From NCBI GenBank assembly GCA_036012755.1, contig DASCPX010000087.1, positions 1 through 64,000 of the forward strand: DNA of 64,000 bases, written 5' to 3'. Under the pieces are notes generated by a model. The model had not been told where the DNA came from and did no database searches. It worked only from the letters and a program-made list of their open reading frames with translations. Below, piece after piece: positions 45,481 through 54,747 of this stretch (the first letter of the stretch is position 1; every line of letters begins with the position of its first letter). The position numbers and the translations under genes are program-made. Origin of the DNA: Myxococcota bacterium. Its GTDB lineage: Bacteria > Myxococcota_A > UBA796 > CAJQPC01.

Positions 45481-45863
45481 GCTGCGACCGACCGGAAAGT
45501 GGTGTCGGTTTCGACCGTCACCGACTCCGTGCCGAGACCGCACACGAGCAGGAGCTCGAGCTGCCGGGCGGCGCCCGCGGGGGGAGGAGGCCAGATGACG
45601 CCGTGGACGCCCGTGGTCGCGATGGTGATGACCGGAGTGCCGAGCGGATCGATCCGCTCCAGCATCGTCGCCAGCGCCCCCTCGTGGCGGTAGACCTCGA
45701 TCGTGATGTTCGTGCCGATCGTCTCCACGGCGACGTAGTCCTTCGACTCGTCCGCGGCCGCGATCTCGGTGATCAGCGTCGGGTCGGTGAACAGGCTCTC
45801 GTTCGTTCCCGCGGTGATGCTCTTGGTGACCTTGTTGACCGTCTTCCTCACCCATGCCGGCAT
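45432..45863 (-). CDS. Hypothetical protein
   Basis: GGAGG RBS before ATG 45863; good codon bias; AT-richer upstream region. Confidence 0.55.
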   Translation of the reverse strand: MPAWVRKTVNKVTKSITAGTNESLFTDPTLITEIAAADESKDYVAVETIGTNITIEVYRHEGALATMLERIDPLGTPVITIATTGVHGVIWPPPPAGAARQLELLLVCGLGTESVTVETDTTFRSVAAWPRPSWMRASTPSTR

Positions 45864-46074
45864 GACGCCTCCGTGGTTCGAGCCACCTTCCGGTGACCGC
45901 TGTGGTTGTCGCCCGAGTCCCCGGCCACCCCCTACGGCAGCCCCCACGACTCAGCAGGGACAGCCTACTGCGCCCCCCCCCCTAGTGTGCAACAGAGAAT
46001 CTCACTTCTTGATGTCACGCGCTCCGCCGCGGTCCGCCTACCCCAGCCTCCGGGCAAGCCACGGACGAGTAGAC

Positions 46075-46809
46075 CTACTCATACTTCGCGACCGCCGCGT
46101 CCATGTACTCGGGGACGTGGCCGCTCCAGTTGTCCTTCAGCACGAGCCCGCGGTCGTAGACCAGGTAGGCGGGGATGCCCTGAATGTAGCCCTCGTCGTA
46201 GAGGGACTCGTAGACCCCCTCCTCTTCGAGCACGACCGGGAAGCTCAGGCCGTGGGCCTCGGCCCACTCGCCGAGAAAGGCGACGTCGGCGTCGTTCTCG
46301 TACCAGTTCTCGGTCATGAGGTGCATGAGCAGGACGCCGTCGTCCTTGTGCTCGAGGTAGAAGGGCTCGGCTACGCTGGCGGACTGGTTGCAGGGCCCGC
46401 ACCAGCCCGCGGAGATGTCGACGATCACGACCATCCCGTAGAACTGGTGGAACTGGAGCGTCTCTCCGAACTGGTCGGTCATGGTCCAGCTCGGGGGCAC
46501 CTTGCCCTTGCGCCAGCCCTCCGCCTCCAGACCATCCGCTTCGGCCCTGGCGAGGCACTGTGGCCAGCCACTGGGCACGCTCCAGCAGGCCTGCGGGTCG
46601 CTGCCGGCGGTCTCCTCTTCGACATCGGTGAAGCCGTCGCCGTCGAAGTCCTCGTCCGAGATCGGCCCCGTGTCCGAGCTGTCCACTGCGGAGTCGGAGT
46701 CTTCGAGGGTGCTGTCGTCCGCGGAGCCCCCGCCGGGGCCCCTGCTGCCGTCACCGCCGCCCGCGAAGCCCTCGTGAGGGGCCAGGCAAGCGGCGAGGAC
46801 GAAGGTCAC
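46075..46809 (-). CDS. TlpA/redoxin-family thioredoxin-fold lipoprotein
   Basis: DQFGE, VIVDISAGWCGPC, GIP; GTGA overlap. Confidence 0.85.
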   Translation of the reverse strand: MTFVLAACLAPHEGFAGGGDGSRGPGGGSADDSTLEDSDSAVDSSDTGPISDEDFDGDGFTDVEEETAGSDPQACWSVPSGWPQCLARAEADGLEAEGWRKGKVPPSWTMTDQFGETLQFHQFYGMVVIVDISAGWCGPCNQSASVAEPFYLEHKDDGVLLMHLMTENWYENDADVAFLGEWAEAHGLSFPVVLEEEGVYESLYDEGYIQGIPAYLVYDRGLVLKDNWSGHVPEYMDAAVAKYE

Positions 46810-47651
46810 TCGCCGCTGTAGAGGGCGTCGACCTTGTCGAGAGTCTTGGTGTAGTCCGTGAAGCTGGCGCGGCTGACGGTCATGTCGTCGTCGAGCATGA
46901 ACAGGGTCGGCCAGGCATAGGTCACGTAGGTGCCCGAGACGTTGCCGTCGTCAGCCAACACAGCGATGTGCTCGTCTGGGTAGTCCTCTGCCCACGAGGC
47001 GACGGTGTTCTCGGTGGGCAGACCGCCGTTGTCCTTCTGTCCGATGACAGTGACCCAGTAGACGTCGCCGTTCTCGACCGCAGCCGGCACGTTCGGCCAG
47101 TAGCTTCCGAACCCGCTGCTGTCAGGGCCGCCTGCGATCCAGGAGGCCATGGCGCGGCAGGGACCGCACCAGGTGGCGCTGATGTCGATGACGATCGGCA
47201 CGCCGTGTCCGGCGTAGTCGTAGATGTCGACGACGTCGCCGTACTGGTCCAGGAACTGGAAGCGCGGGACCTGGGCGTCCTTTTCGGCCACGGCGTCTGA
47301 CCACGCAACGTCGCCGTAGCTGTCCTTGTCCGGCTGGTAGGGCCAGCCACCGATGTAGATCACCGAGTCCGCGTTGGCGGGGTCGGTGCCCTCGTCGACC
47401 TCCCATCCATCGAGGTAGCCGTCGCCGTCGCTGTCGTCCGAGTTCGGGTCGGTCCCCAGATCCCACTCGGTGCCGTCATCCAGCCCGTCGCCGTCGCTGT
47501 CGACGTTGTTGGGGTCCGAACCCCAGGCGATCTCGTCCTCGTCCGTGATGCCATCGCCGTCAGTGTCGACTGGCTCGTCGTCCTTGTCCGGGCCAGGGAT
47601 GCACGCGACGAGGGCGATGAGGACCGGGACGGTCAGGAGCGTGGTGCGCAT
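46806..47651 (-). CDS. TlpA/redoxin-family lipoprotein with DxDGDG (TSP3-like) repeats
   Basis: LVAC lipobox; DSDGDG..DG.E...GTDP repeats; VIDISATWCGPC; AWPT. Confidence 0.87.
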   Translation of the reverse strand: MRTTLLTVPVLIALVACIPGPDKDDEPVDTDGDGITDEDEIAWGSDPNNVDSDGDGLDDGTEWDLGTDPNSDDSDGDGYLDGWEVDEGTDPANADSVIYIGGWPYQPDKDSYGDVAWSDAVAEKDAQVPRFQFLDQYGDVVDIYDYAGHGVPIVIDISATWCGPCRAMASWIAGGPDSSGFGSYWPNVPAAVENGDVYWVTVIGQKDNGGLPTENTVASWAEDYPDEHIAVLADDGNVSGTYVTYAWPTLFMLDDDMTVSRASFTDYTKTLDKVDALYSGE

Positions 47652-47819
47652 TGGGGGCCTCGGAGACGGGGTTTCGATGCGTCCCCCTTATAGAGAACGC
47701 GGCGAGGGGGCGATGCAAATGGGGCCGTCAAGCTTTCGACAACTGCCGCGACACTCTACTCGGAAAACCAGGGACCTCGCGAACGGTCTCGGGTGTTAGG
47801 AGCCAGCCTCGGAGAAGCA

Positions 47820-48449
47820 ATGTCCCTTCTTATCCTGAACCTGGCCCTCGCCGGCGACGCCGACAAGGCGCACCCCCACCAGGGTGTCATCTCGCCCTTC
47901 GTCGGCGAGCCCCCCGCCGCGAAGCTGACCGAGACCGACCTCCAGACCCTCGCGGCCAACAAGGCGGTGAAGAAACAGGTGAAGGTCGGCGACAGCGGCG
48001 GACGAGGGGTGGCCATCATGGACATCCACGCGCCGACCGACGTCGTGTGGTCGAAGATCCGCGACTACGACAGCTACCCCAGCTGGGTCGAGAACCTCAA
48101 CACCTGCGAGGTCTACAAGGAAGACGGAGCCGCCCTGTTCGTCTACTTCAAGGCCTCTGTCCTCGGCATCCCGGCAGAGTGGTGGATCGAGCACGACTAC
48201 CAGCCGGGCAAGGGCTACGTCACCTGGACCCTGGACTACTCCAAGCAGTCGGATCTCGACGACTCGGTGGGCTACTGGCGGGTGACCGAGATCAGCGCGG
48301 ATCCGCCCGTCACGCGGGTCGAGTACAGCGTCAACATCCAGCTCTCCGGCTGGGTCCCCTCCGCGTTGGAGGACATGCTCGCCGACAAGGGGCTCACGGT
48401 CGCCACCAGCTGGGTCAAGGCCCAGGCCGAGAAGGAGCACGGCGGGTAG
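47820..48449 (+). CDS. SRPBCC / polyketide-cyclase-like protein with signal peptide
   Basis: IHAPTDVVWSKIRDYDSYPSWV...GYWRV...TRVEY...GWVP. Confidence 0.8.
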   Translation: MSLLILNLALAGDADKAHPHQGVISPFVGEPPAAKLTETDLQTLAANKAVKKQVKVGDSGGRGVAIMDIHAPTDVVWSKIRDYDSYPSWVENLNTCEVYKEDGAALFVYFKASVLGIPAEWWIEHDYQPGKGYVTWTLDYSKQSDLDDSVGYWRVTEISADPPVTRVEYSVNIQLSGWVPSALEDMLADKGLTVATSWVKAQAEKEHGG

Positions 48450-48452
48450 ACC

Positions 48453-50201
48453 GTGCTTCGCAGGACCTTCCTGAAGCTCGCAGGGGCGGTCGGCCTGACC
48501 TCCTCTGCTGCTGTGCGCGCCGCCGAGGGGCGCCCACGTGTGCTGGTCGTAGGGGCAGGCCCAGCCGGGATCTCCTGTGCCACCGAGCTTGCCGAGCGAG
48601 GGGTCGAGGTCGTCGTCCTCGAGGCCGACGGGCAGGCTGGAGGCAAGTGGAAGGGCTGGACAGAGGACCTCGACGGCGAGGTCGTCGACGTCGAACACGG
48701 TGTCCACGGGCTCTGGCACCAGTACGTGCACCTCACGGACCTGCTCGAGCGCGCCGGTCTGGACGGGACGCTGCGGGAACCGGAGAGCTGCGGAGCCCTT
48801 CGCGACCCCGGCGGCGAGCTGAGCGACCTGACCTGGGCCGGGCGTCGGGGGCTGGTGGCGGAGCTCGCGAGCCGCGCGAAGGCCCTGGGCTACGAGCACT
48901 GGCGCCTGGACCTGGGCCGAGCGCTGCGAGCCCAGAGGCGCCTCACCACCGCGATCCGCGATGAACTCGGCGCCGTGAGCCTGCGCGAGCACCTCGACTC
49001 GGGGAAGGCCACGCTCTCGATCTGGCGAGTCTGGGAGGAGATGTTCGCTCGCTCCAGGTACTTCGTCGGACCAGGAGACCTCGACGCCAGCGAGTGGCTC
49101 CTCGGCAGTCGCTTCTACGACACCGGCGGCCGCCACAACCACATGGTGCGCTGGCTCCACGGAAACCCCGGACCGGAGCTCTGGCGTCACCTCGTCGCTC
49201 GACTGGAGAGCCTTGGCGGGGAGCTCCGGCTGGGACAGAAGGTCTCCGAGATCGTCGTCAGCGGCGGGCGCGCGGCGGGTGTGCGGGTCGGAGATCCCCT
49301 CCCCGGCTTCCACATCGAGACCGTGCCGGAGGGCTGGACGCGCCTGTACCGGGGGCCAGGTGCCCCGCCCATCTTCATCGAGAGGGCCGGCGACCGGTAT
49401 CGGGCGTTCTCTGGCCGCTGCACCCACGCCCGCTGTCACCTCACCCTCGGTGAAGAGGGCTTCGAGTGCTCCTGCCACGGCGGGCGCTTCGACTTCGACG
49501 GACAGCCTGTCTCCGGCCCGCCGACGGAGTCGCTGCAAGAGCTCTTCGTGGATGTCGGAAACGACGGCCTCCACGTCGAAGGGGAGCCCCCGAGCGAGGT
49601 GATCCCAGCCGACTTCGTCGTGCTCTGTGTCGACGCGCCGGCGCTGGTCCAGCTGGCCGGCAAGCTCATCCCGCGCCTCGAGGGCCTGAGGGCCTGCCGC
49701 GCGACGGCGGCCCGCTTCTGGCTCGATACGGACGTCTCTGTCGAGGCGGCGCCAGTCGCCCTCTGCAGGGACGTGTCCCACCTCGACACGGTCTTGTTGG
49801 TCCACCGGCTCCAGGACTCGGCGATGGCCTGGGCCGCGAAGACCGGCGGCAGCGTCATCGAGGTCCGGGCGACGAGGGAGTTGCCGACAGGGGACAGGGA
49901 GCGGATCCTCGACGCCCTCGAGGCCGACCTCCGCATGCTCTACCCAAGGCTGTCCCGCGCGAAGGTCCTCAAGCGCACCCTGACGGACAGCCAGTCCTTC
50001 ACCCACTTCGCCCCCGGGTGGTTCGAGCACGCCCCGGATGTAGAGACCGAGCTTCCAGGGCTCCTTGTCGCCGGAGACCACGTCCGGGTGGACCGCAACT
50101 GCCAGCTCTCCGAGCGGGCCGTCTACACCGGACGCCTCGCGGCCAACGTAGTGCTCCGCGCACACGACTTCTCGGCGGCGCCGATACTGGAGGAGCGATG
50201 A
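48453..50201 (+). CDS. FAD-dependent oxidoreductase (carotenoid desaturase/CrtU-like family) with inserted Rieske domain and Tat-like leader
   Basis: RRTFLK leader; VVGAGPAG...LEA...GGK; EHGVHGLWHQY; Rieske CTHARC and CSCHGGRF; AGDHV...ERAV.TG.LAAN. Confidence 0.8.
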   Translation: MLRRTFLKLAGAVGLTSSAAVRAAEGRPRVLVVGAGPAGISCATELAERGVEVVVLEADGQAGGKWKGWTEDLDGEVVDVEHGVHGLWHQYVHLTDLLERAGLDGTLREPESCGALRDPGGELSDLTWAGRRGLVAELASRAKALGYEHWRLDLGRALRAQRRLTTAIRDELGAVSLREHLDSGKATLSIWRVWEEMFARSRYFVGPGDLDASEWLLGSRFYDTGGRHNHMVRWLHGNPGPELWRHLVARLESLGGELRLGQKVSEIVVSGGRAAGVRVGDPLPGFHIETVPEGWTRLYRGPGAPPIFIERAGDRYRAFSGRCTHARCHLTLGEEGFECSCHGGRFDFDGQPVSGPPTESLQELFVDVGNDGLHVEGEPPSEVIPADFVVLCVDAPALVQLAGKLIPRLEGLRACRATAARFWLDTDVSVEAAPVALCRDVSHLDTVLLVHRLQDSAMAWAAKTGGSVIEVRATRELPTGDRERILDALEADLRMLYPRLSRAKVLKRTLTDSQSFTHFAPGWFEHAPDVETELPGLLVAGDHVRVDRNCQLSERAVYTGRLAANVVLRAHDFSAAPILEER

Positions 50202-51202
50202 ACGACCTGTTGCTGCGCGCGCTCGCGGGAGAAGAGGTCGAGCGCCCCCCCGTCTGGTTCATGCGCCAGGCCGGCCGGTACCTGCCCGAGTACCACGTGA
50301 CCCGCGCCGAGGCGGGCTCCTTCCTTGGGCTCTGTCGGGACGACGGGCTGGCCGCCGAGGTCACGCTGCAGCCCCTGCGCCGCTTCGCACTCGATGCCTC
50401 CATCGTCTTCAACGACATCCTCGTCCCCCCCGCCGCGATGGGCATGGAGCTCGACTTCGTGGCGGGCAAGGGGCCAGTGTTCGCCTCGCCGATCCGCAGC
50501 CCAGAGGACCTGGACCGGCTCACGGCGCCCAGCTCCGAGCAGGATCACGTGCTGCGAACGATCCGGCGCCTGGTCGCCCAGCTCGAGGTGCCCCTGCACG
50601 GCTTCGCGGGCGCGCCCTACACCCTGGCCGCCTACATGATCGAGGGTCAGGGGAGCAGGAACTTCGAGCACGTCAAGACCTTCGCGCTGAACCACCCCCG
50701 GGCCTTCGCGGGACTCCTGGACACCCTGGCGGATGTCTGCGGTGACTACCTGGTCATGCAGGTCGAGGCCGGCTGCGCGGCCGTGCAGCTCTTCGACACC
50801 TGGGCCGGGAACCTCTCGAGCGAGGCCTGGTCGAGGTGGGCGATGCCGGCAGCGAGGAAGGCGCTGGCAAAGGTCGAGGGCGTGCCGCGGCTCTACTTCA
50901 CGCGCAACATCGCGCCGATCCTCCAGCGGGTCCGCGACGTCGAGGCCGACGCCTACGCCATCGACTTCCACATCGACATCGCAGACGCTCGCGCCGTGCT
51001 CGGCGAGGTACCGGTGATGGGCAACCTCGACCCGATCTGGCTGGGGGCGCCCCCGGAGACGCTCCGGGCCGAGGTCCACCGCATCATCCGAGCCGCCGGC
51101 CCGCGGGGCCATGTCTTCAACCTCGGCCACGGCGTCATCCCGACCTCGCCGATCTCGGGTGTGGAGACGATGGTCGCTGCGGTGCGCGAGTGGCGCTGGT
51201 GA
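50198..51202 (+). CDS. hemE: Uroporphyrinogen decarboxylase
   Basis: PVWFMRQAGRYLPEY, VTLQPLRRF, GFAGAPYTLAAYMIEG, QLFDTWAG, GNLDP, FNLGHG. Confidence 0.96.
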   Translation: MNDLLLRALAGEEVERPPVWFMRQAGRYLPEYHVTRAEAGSFLGLCRDDGLAAEVTLQPLRRFALDASIVFNDILVPPAAMGMELDFVAGKGPVFASPIRSPEDLDRLTAPSSEQDHVLRTIRRLVAQLEVPLHGFAGAPYTLAAYMIEGQGSRNFEHVKTFALNHPRAFAGLLDTLADVCGDYLVMQVEAGCAAVQLFDTWAGNLSSEAWSRWAMPAARKALAKVEGVPRLYFTRNIAPILQRVRDVEADAYAIDFHIDIADARAVLGEVPVMGNLDPIWLGAPPETLRAEVHRIIRAAGPRGHVFNLGHGVIPTSPISGVETMVAAVREWRW

Positions 51203-52137
51203 AGACCCAGGTCTGGCTGCTCAACATGGGGGGGCCGGACTCGCTGGAGAGCATCCAGCCCTTCCTGCGAAACCTGCTGGCGGACCCGCACATCGTCCGG
51301 ATGCCCTGGTGGCTCGGCTTCTGGTTCCAGCCCCTGTTCGCAGAGCTCGTCAGCCGCAAGCGCGCGGCGGCGGTCCGCGCTTCCTACGCCTCGATGGGCG
51401 GGGCCTCGCCACAGCTGGAGATCGTCAGGGAGCAGGCTCGCGCGCTGCAGGCCACCCTCGGCCAGTCCTACGAGGTCGTCCCGGTCTTCCGCTACTGGGG
51501 ACAAGGGGCTCGGGAGGCAGCCGCTACCTTGGAGCCCGGACAGCCAGTGGTGCTCTTGTCCCTCTACCCCCACGACAGCGACACGACGGTGGGCTCGTCG
51601 ATGGAGGATGCCAGGCGGTTCCTGGGAGATCGACCCGTCGTCGAGATCCCCTCCTACCCGGACTTCGAGCCCTACATCGCGGCGCTCGTCGATGGCATCG
51701 GCGCCGTCGAGCCCACGGAGACCCTGGTGTTCTCTGCCCACGGTCTGCCCACCGCGTACATCGAGGCCGGTGACCCCTACCTCGACCACGTCCAGCGCAC
51801 GGTCGCGGCCGTGATGCGCCACCACCCCGGCGTCCCGCATGTCCTCTGCTTCCAGTCCCGAGTCGGGCGCAAGCAGTGGCTGGAGCCCTCAGCGATCGAC
51901 ACCCTGCGTCAGCTGACCGGGGCGGTGGTCGTCGTCCCTGTCAGCTTCACCTCCGACCACATCGAGACCATCGTGGAGATCGGCGAGGAGCTTCGGGACC
52001 TGGCGCGTGATGCGGGGGTCACCTCGTTCCGCCGTGTAGACGCCCCGAACACCCACCCTGCCTTCATCGAGGCGCTCGCCGTGCTCGTGCGCCAAAACGT
52101 AGACCAATCCACGATTCCGAGATCAGAGGGGCGATAG
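51199..52137 (+). CDS. hemH: Ferrochelatase
   Basis: LLNMGGP, FSAHGLP, GDPY, FQSRVG...WLEP, SFTSDHIET; GTGA overlap with hemE. Confidence 0.93.
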   Translation: MKTQVWLLNMGGPDSLESIQPFLRNLLADPHIVRMPWWLGFWFQPLFAELVSRKRAAAVRASYASMGGASPQLEIVREQARALQATLGQSYEVVPVFRYWGQGAREAAATLEPGQPVVLLSLYPHDSDTTVGSSMEDARRFLGDRPVVEIPSYPDFEPYIAALVDGIGAVEPTETLVFSAHGLPTAYIEAGDPYLDHVQRTVAAVMRHHPGVPHVLCFQSRVGRKQWLEPSAIDTLRQLTGAVVVVPVSFTSDHIETIVEIGEELRDLARDAGVTSFRRVDAPNTHPAFIEALAVLVRQNVDQSTIPRSEGR

Positions 52138-52195
52138 GGCCGAAAAACCCTGGCATGGACCTTGCGATGGAGAGAGGCACCACACGGAGCCCCTC

Positions 52196-53167
52196 ATGCT
52201 TCTCTTCGCCATCGCATGCGCCAACACCCCCGAAGTCATCGACTCCCCTGCCGCCGCAGAGGTCTTCACCTGCCCGGTCGAGGCGCGCTTCTGGAGCCCC
52301 GAGCCCAGCATCGAGGCCTGCGTCGACTCCGACGGCGAGCTCCACGGCCCCTGGCAGCGCTGGGATGGTGACGTCGTCGTCGCCGAGACCGCCTGGAGTC
52401 ACGGCCAGCAGGATGGCCTCTACACCTCTCGCCACAGCGACGGATCGACCAAGGTCGTCGGCCGCCACGTCACTGGAGACAAGGACGGTCTCTGGACCGC
52501 GCGTCGCACCGACGGCCTGCCCGACTGGGAGGAGCGCTACGACGCCGGCGACCTGCAGTGGCGCACCGAGTACGGCGTCGACGGCGAGCTCAAGAGCGAG
52601 GTCCACTTCGCCGAGGGTCAGCGCCACGGGGTGGCGACCTGGTACTACAGCGACGGGACGCCGCGGAACCGCCTGATGTTCGATGACGGCGCCCGCTCCG
52701 GCCCCGCCATCAGCTGGCATCCGGACGGCAGCATGAAGAACATGGGCGCCTACGACCGCGATCGGCGTGACGGCACCTGGTTCACCTGGTCCTCTACCGG
52801 TGAGCTGATCAGCGAGGAGTCCTGGACTCGGGGCGAGCTGGTCTCCGTGCAGGGCGTCACCGACGCCGACGCCCTCTGCCCCTCTGGCACCGCCATGGTC
52901 ATCGAGGAGCACGACGCCGGCGCAGTCGAGGTCTGCGAGACCCCCGCCGGGATCCGCCACGGACCGACCACCGCCCGCTACACCGACGGCGCGCTCCGGC
53001 GCGTGGGCTCATACGCCGGCGGTCTCCCGACCGGCGAGTGGATGACCTGGTGTCCCGACGGGCTGCCCGCCAGCCGCGGGACCTTCGTCGACGGTCGTCG
53101 GAGCGGCGAGTGGACCACCTGGTCCTGCGCCACCGGTGAGCTCCTGCGGGTCGAGAACGTCACCTGA
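52196..53167 (+). CDS. MORN-variant repeat (YwqK-like) lipoprotein
   Basis: Repeated HG.W..W..DG / DG.W motifs; MLLFAIAC. Confidence 0.82.
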   Translation: MLLFAIACANTPEVIDSPAAAEVFTCPVEARFWSPEPSIEACVDSDGELHGPWQRWDGDVVVAETAWSHGQQDGLYTSRHSDGSTKVVGRHVTGDKDGLWTARRTDGLPDWEERYDAGDLQWRTEYGVDGELKSEVHFAEGQRHGVATWYYSDGTPRNRLMFDDGARSGPAISWHPDGSMKNMGAYDRDRRDGTWFTWSSTGELISEESWTRGELVSVQGVTDADALCPSGTAMVIEEHDAGAVEVCETPAGIRHGPTTARYTDGALRRVGSYAGGLPTGEWMTWCPDGLPASRGTFVDGRRSGEWTTWSCATGELLRVENVT

Positions 53168-53185
53168 GCCGGATATCGACGCGGC

Positions 53186-54481
53186 ATGGCTCGCGTCATC
53201 GTCGTCGGCTCAGGCATCTCGGGCCTTGCTGTGGCCGCCTGGCTCAGCGAGGACCACGAGGTCATCGTGCTCGAGGCGAGCGACACACCCGGGGGGAACG
53301 TCCGCTCGGAGGTGATCGAGGGCTTCGTCTTCGACAAGGCCGCCAACGGCTGGCTCGATGACGAGCCCGCGGTCGCGCGCTTGCTGGAGAAGCTCGATGT
53401 CGAGGAGGTGAAGGCGACAGAGGGTGATCGCTACGTCGTGCTCGACGGAGAGCTGGTGGCGCTGCCCACGAGCCCAAAGGCCTTCCTCACCTCGCCGGTG
53501 TTGCCCTGGTGGGCCCGCCTGCGCGCCATGCTGGAGCCCCTGATGCGGCGGGGCCCCGACGAGGAGTCCGTGGCCAGCTTCGCCAGGCGGCGCCTGGGTG
53601 ATCGGGCGCTCCGCAACCTCATCGGACCGATGGTCAGCGGGGTCTACGCGGGGAATCCGGAGCGCCTGTCCCTGGCGGCCTGCTTCCCCAAGCTGAAGGT
53701 GATGGAGCGCGAGCACGGCTCCTTGATCCTGGCGGCGCGCCACCGCGGCGGCGGCTTCGGCCCGAAGGGTCGGCTCACCACCCTGCGTGGGGGCGCCGGC
53801 GAGCTCACCCTCGCCCTGGCCGCAGGCCTCGATGTGCGCACGGGGGCTACCGTCGAGCGCATCGAGCCGGGCTGGAGGGTGCTGGGGCCAGAGCTCGAGA
53901 TGCGCTGCGACGCAGTGGTGCTCGCCACCCCCGCCTACACCTCGGCCACCATCACCCGCGCGCTCGACAACGAGCTCGCGGCCGGCCTCGAGGCGACCCC
54001 CTACGCTGGAGTCGCGGTCGTCTGCGCCGGCCTGCCCCGCGTCGATGGCCTGCCCGACGGCTTCGGCGCCCTGGTTCCGGTGGAGGAGGGCCTGGGCATC
54101 CTCGGCACGCTGTTCACCTCGTCGATCTTCCCCGGACACGGCCCAGAGGACGGCTTCGCCTTGCGCACCATCCTCGGCGGTGCCCGCAACCCGCTGCAGG
54201 CCACCCTCGACCCACAGGAGCTCGCGGCCATCGCCCGGCGTGACAACGAGGCCCTGTTGGGTCCCCTGCCCCCGCCCCTGGTGACGCGCGTGTACCAGCA
54301 CCCCCGGGGCATCCCGCAGTACGTGCTGGGGCACCGCGACCGGGTCCGCGGAGTACGGGCCACCGCGGCGGCGCACCCGGGGCTGTTCCTGGTCGGGAAC
54401 CACCTCGAGGGCATCGGCGTGAAGAACTGCATCGCCGCCGGCGAGACCTGCGCTGCACGAGTCGGACAGTGGCTCAGCTGA
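53186..54481 (+). CDS. hemY: Protoporphyrinogen oxidase (HemY/HemG flavoprotein)
   Basis: VVGSGISGL, ESVASFARRRLG, SGVYAGNPERLS, GFGALVP, LGTLFTSSIFP, IPQY.LGH, GIGV..CI. Confidence 0.92.
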   Translation: MARVIVVGSGISGLAVAAWLSEDHEVIVLEASDTPGGNVRSEVIEGFVFDKAANGWLDDEPAVARLLEKLDVEEVKATEGDRYVVLDGELVALPTSPKAFLTSPVLPWWARLRAMLEPLMRRGPDEESVASFARRRLGDRALRNLIGPMVSGVYAGNPERLSLAACFPKLKVMEREHGSLILAARHRGGGFGPKGRLTTLRGGAGELTLALAAGLDVRTGATVERIEPGWRVLGPELEMRCDAVVLATPAYTSATITRALDNELAAGLEATPYAGVAVVCAGLPRVDGLPDGFGALVPVEEGLGILGTLFTSSIFPGHGPEDGFALRTILGGARNPLQATLDPQELAAIARRDNEALLGPLPPPLVTRVYQHPRGIPQYVLGHRDRVRGVRATAAAHPGLFLVGNHLEGIGVKNCIAAGETCAARVGQWLS

Positions 54482-54747
54482 AGTCCATCGAAGACTGCCG
54501 GAGCTGCGGGGCCTGCTGTCACCTGGGCTTCCACCGCGTCGAGGTCGAGGAGGACGAGGGCATCCCCGAGTGCGCGGTGGACGACTTCGGGCGCCATCTC
54601 CCGCGGCCGAACGGGAGCTGCGTCCACCTCGAGCAGCCCGAGCACAGCTGCCGGATCTACGAGCAGCGCCCTCGCAGCTGCCGGGACTTCGTCATCGGAG
54701 GGCCCGCCTGTCTGGAGGCTAGAAGTCGAGCCAGTGTGGACTGCTGA
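54469..54747 (+). CDS. YkgJ-family CxxCxxCC cysteine-cluster protein
   Basis: CRSCGACC...CVHL...CRIYEQRPRSCRDF. Confidence 0.82.
   Translation: MAQLKSIEDCRSCGACCHLGFHRVEVEEDEGIPECAVDDFGRHLPRPNGSCVHLEQPEHSCRIYEQRPRSCRDFVIGGPACLEARSRASVDC

Noticed and set aside
49466..50197. N-terminal extensions of hemE (and likewise hemH from 50836)
   Set aside because: They overlap upstream genes; ATGA and GTGA overlaps mark the real starts.
52196..53167. Toxin-antitoxin module
   Set aside because: No adjacent toxin gene; MORN-variant repeats alone are not diagnostic.
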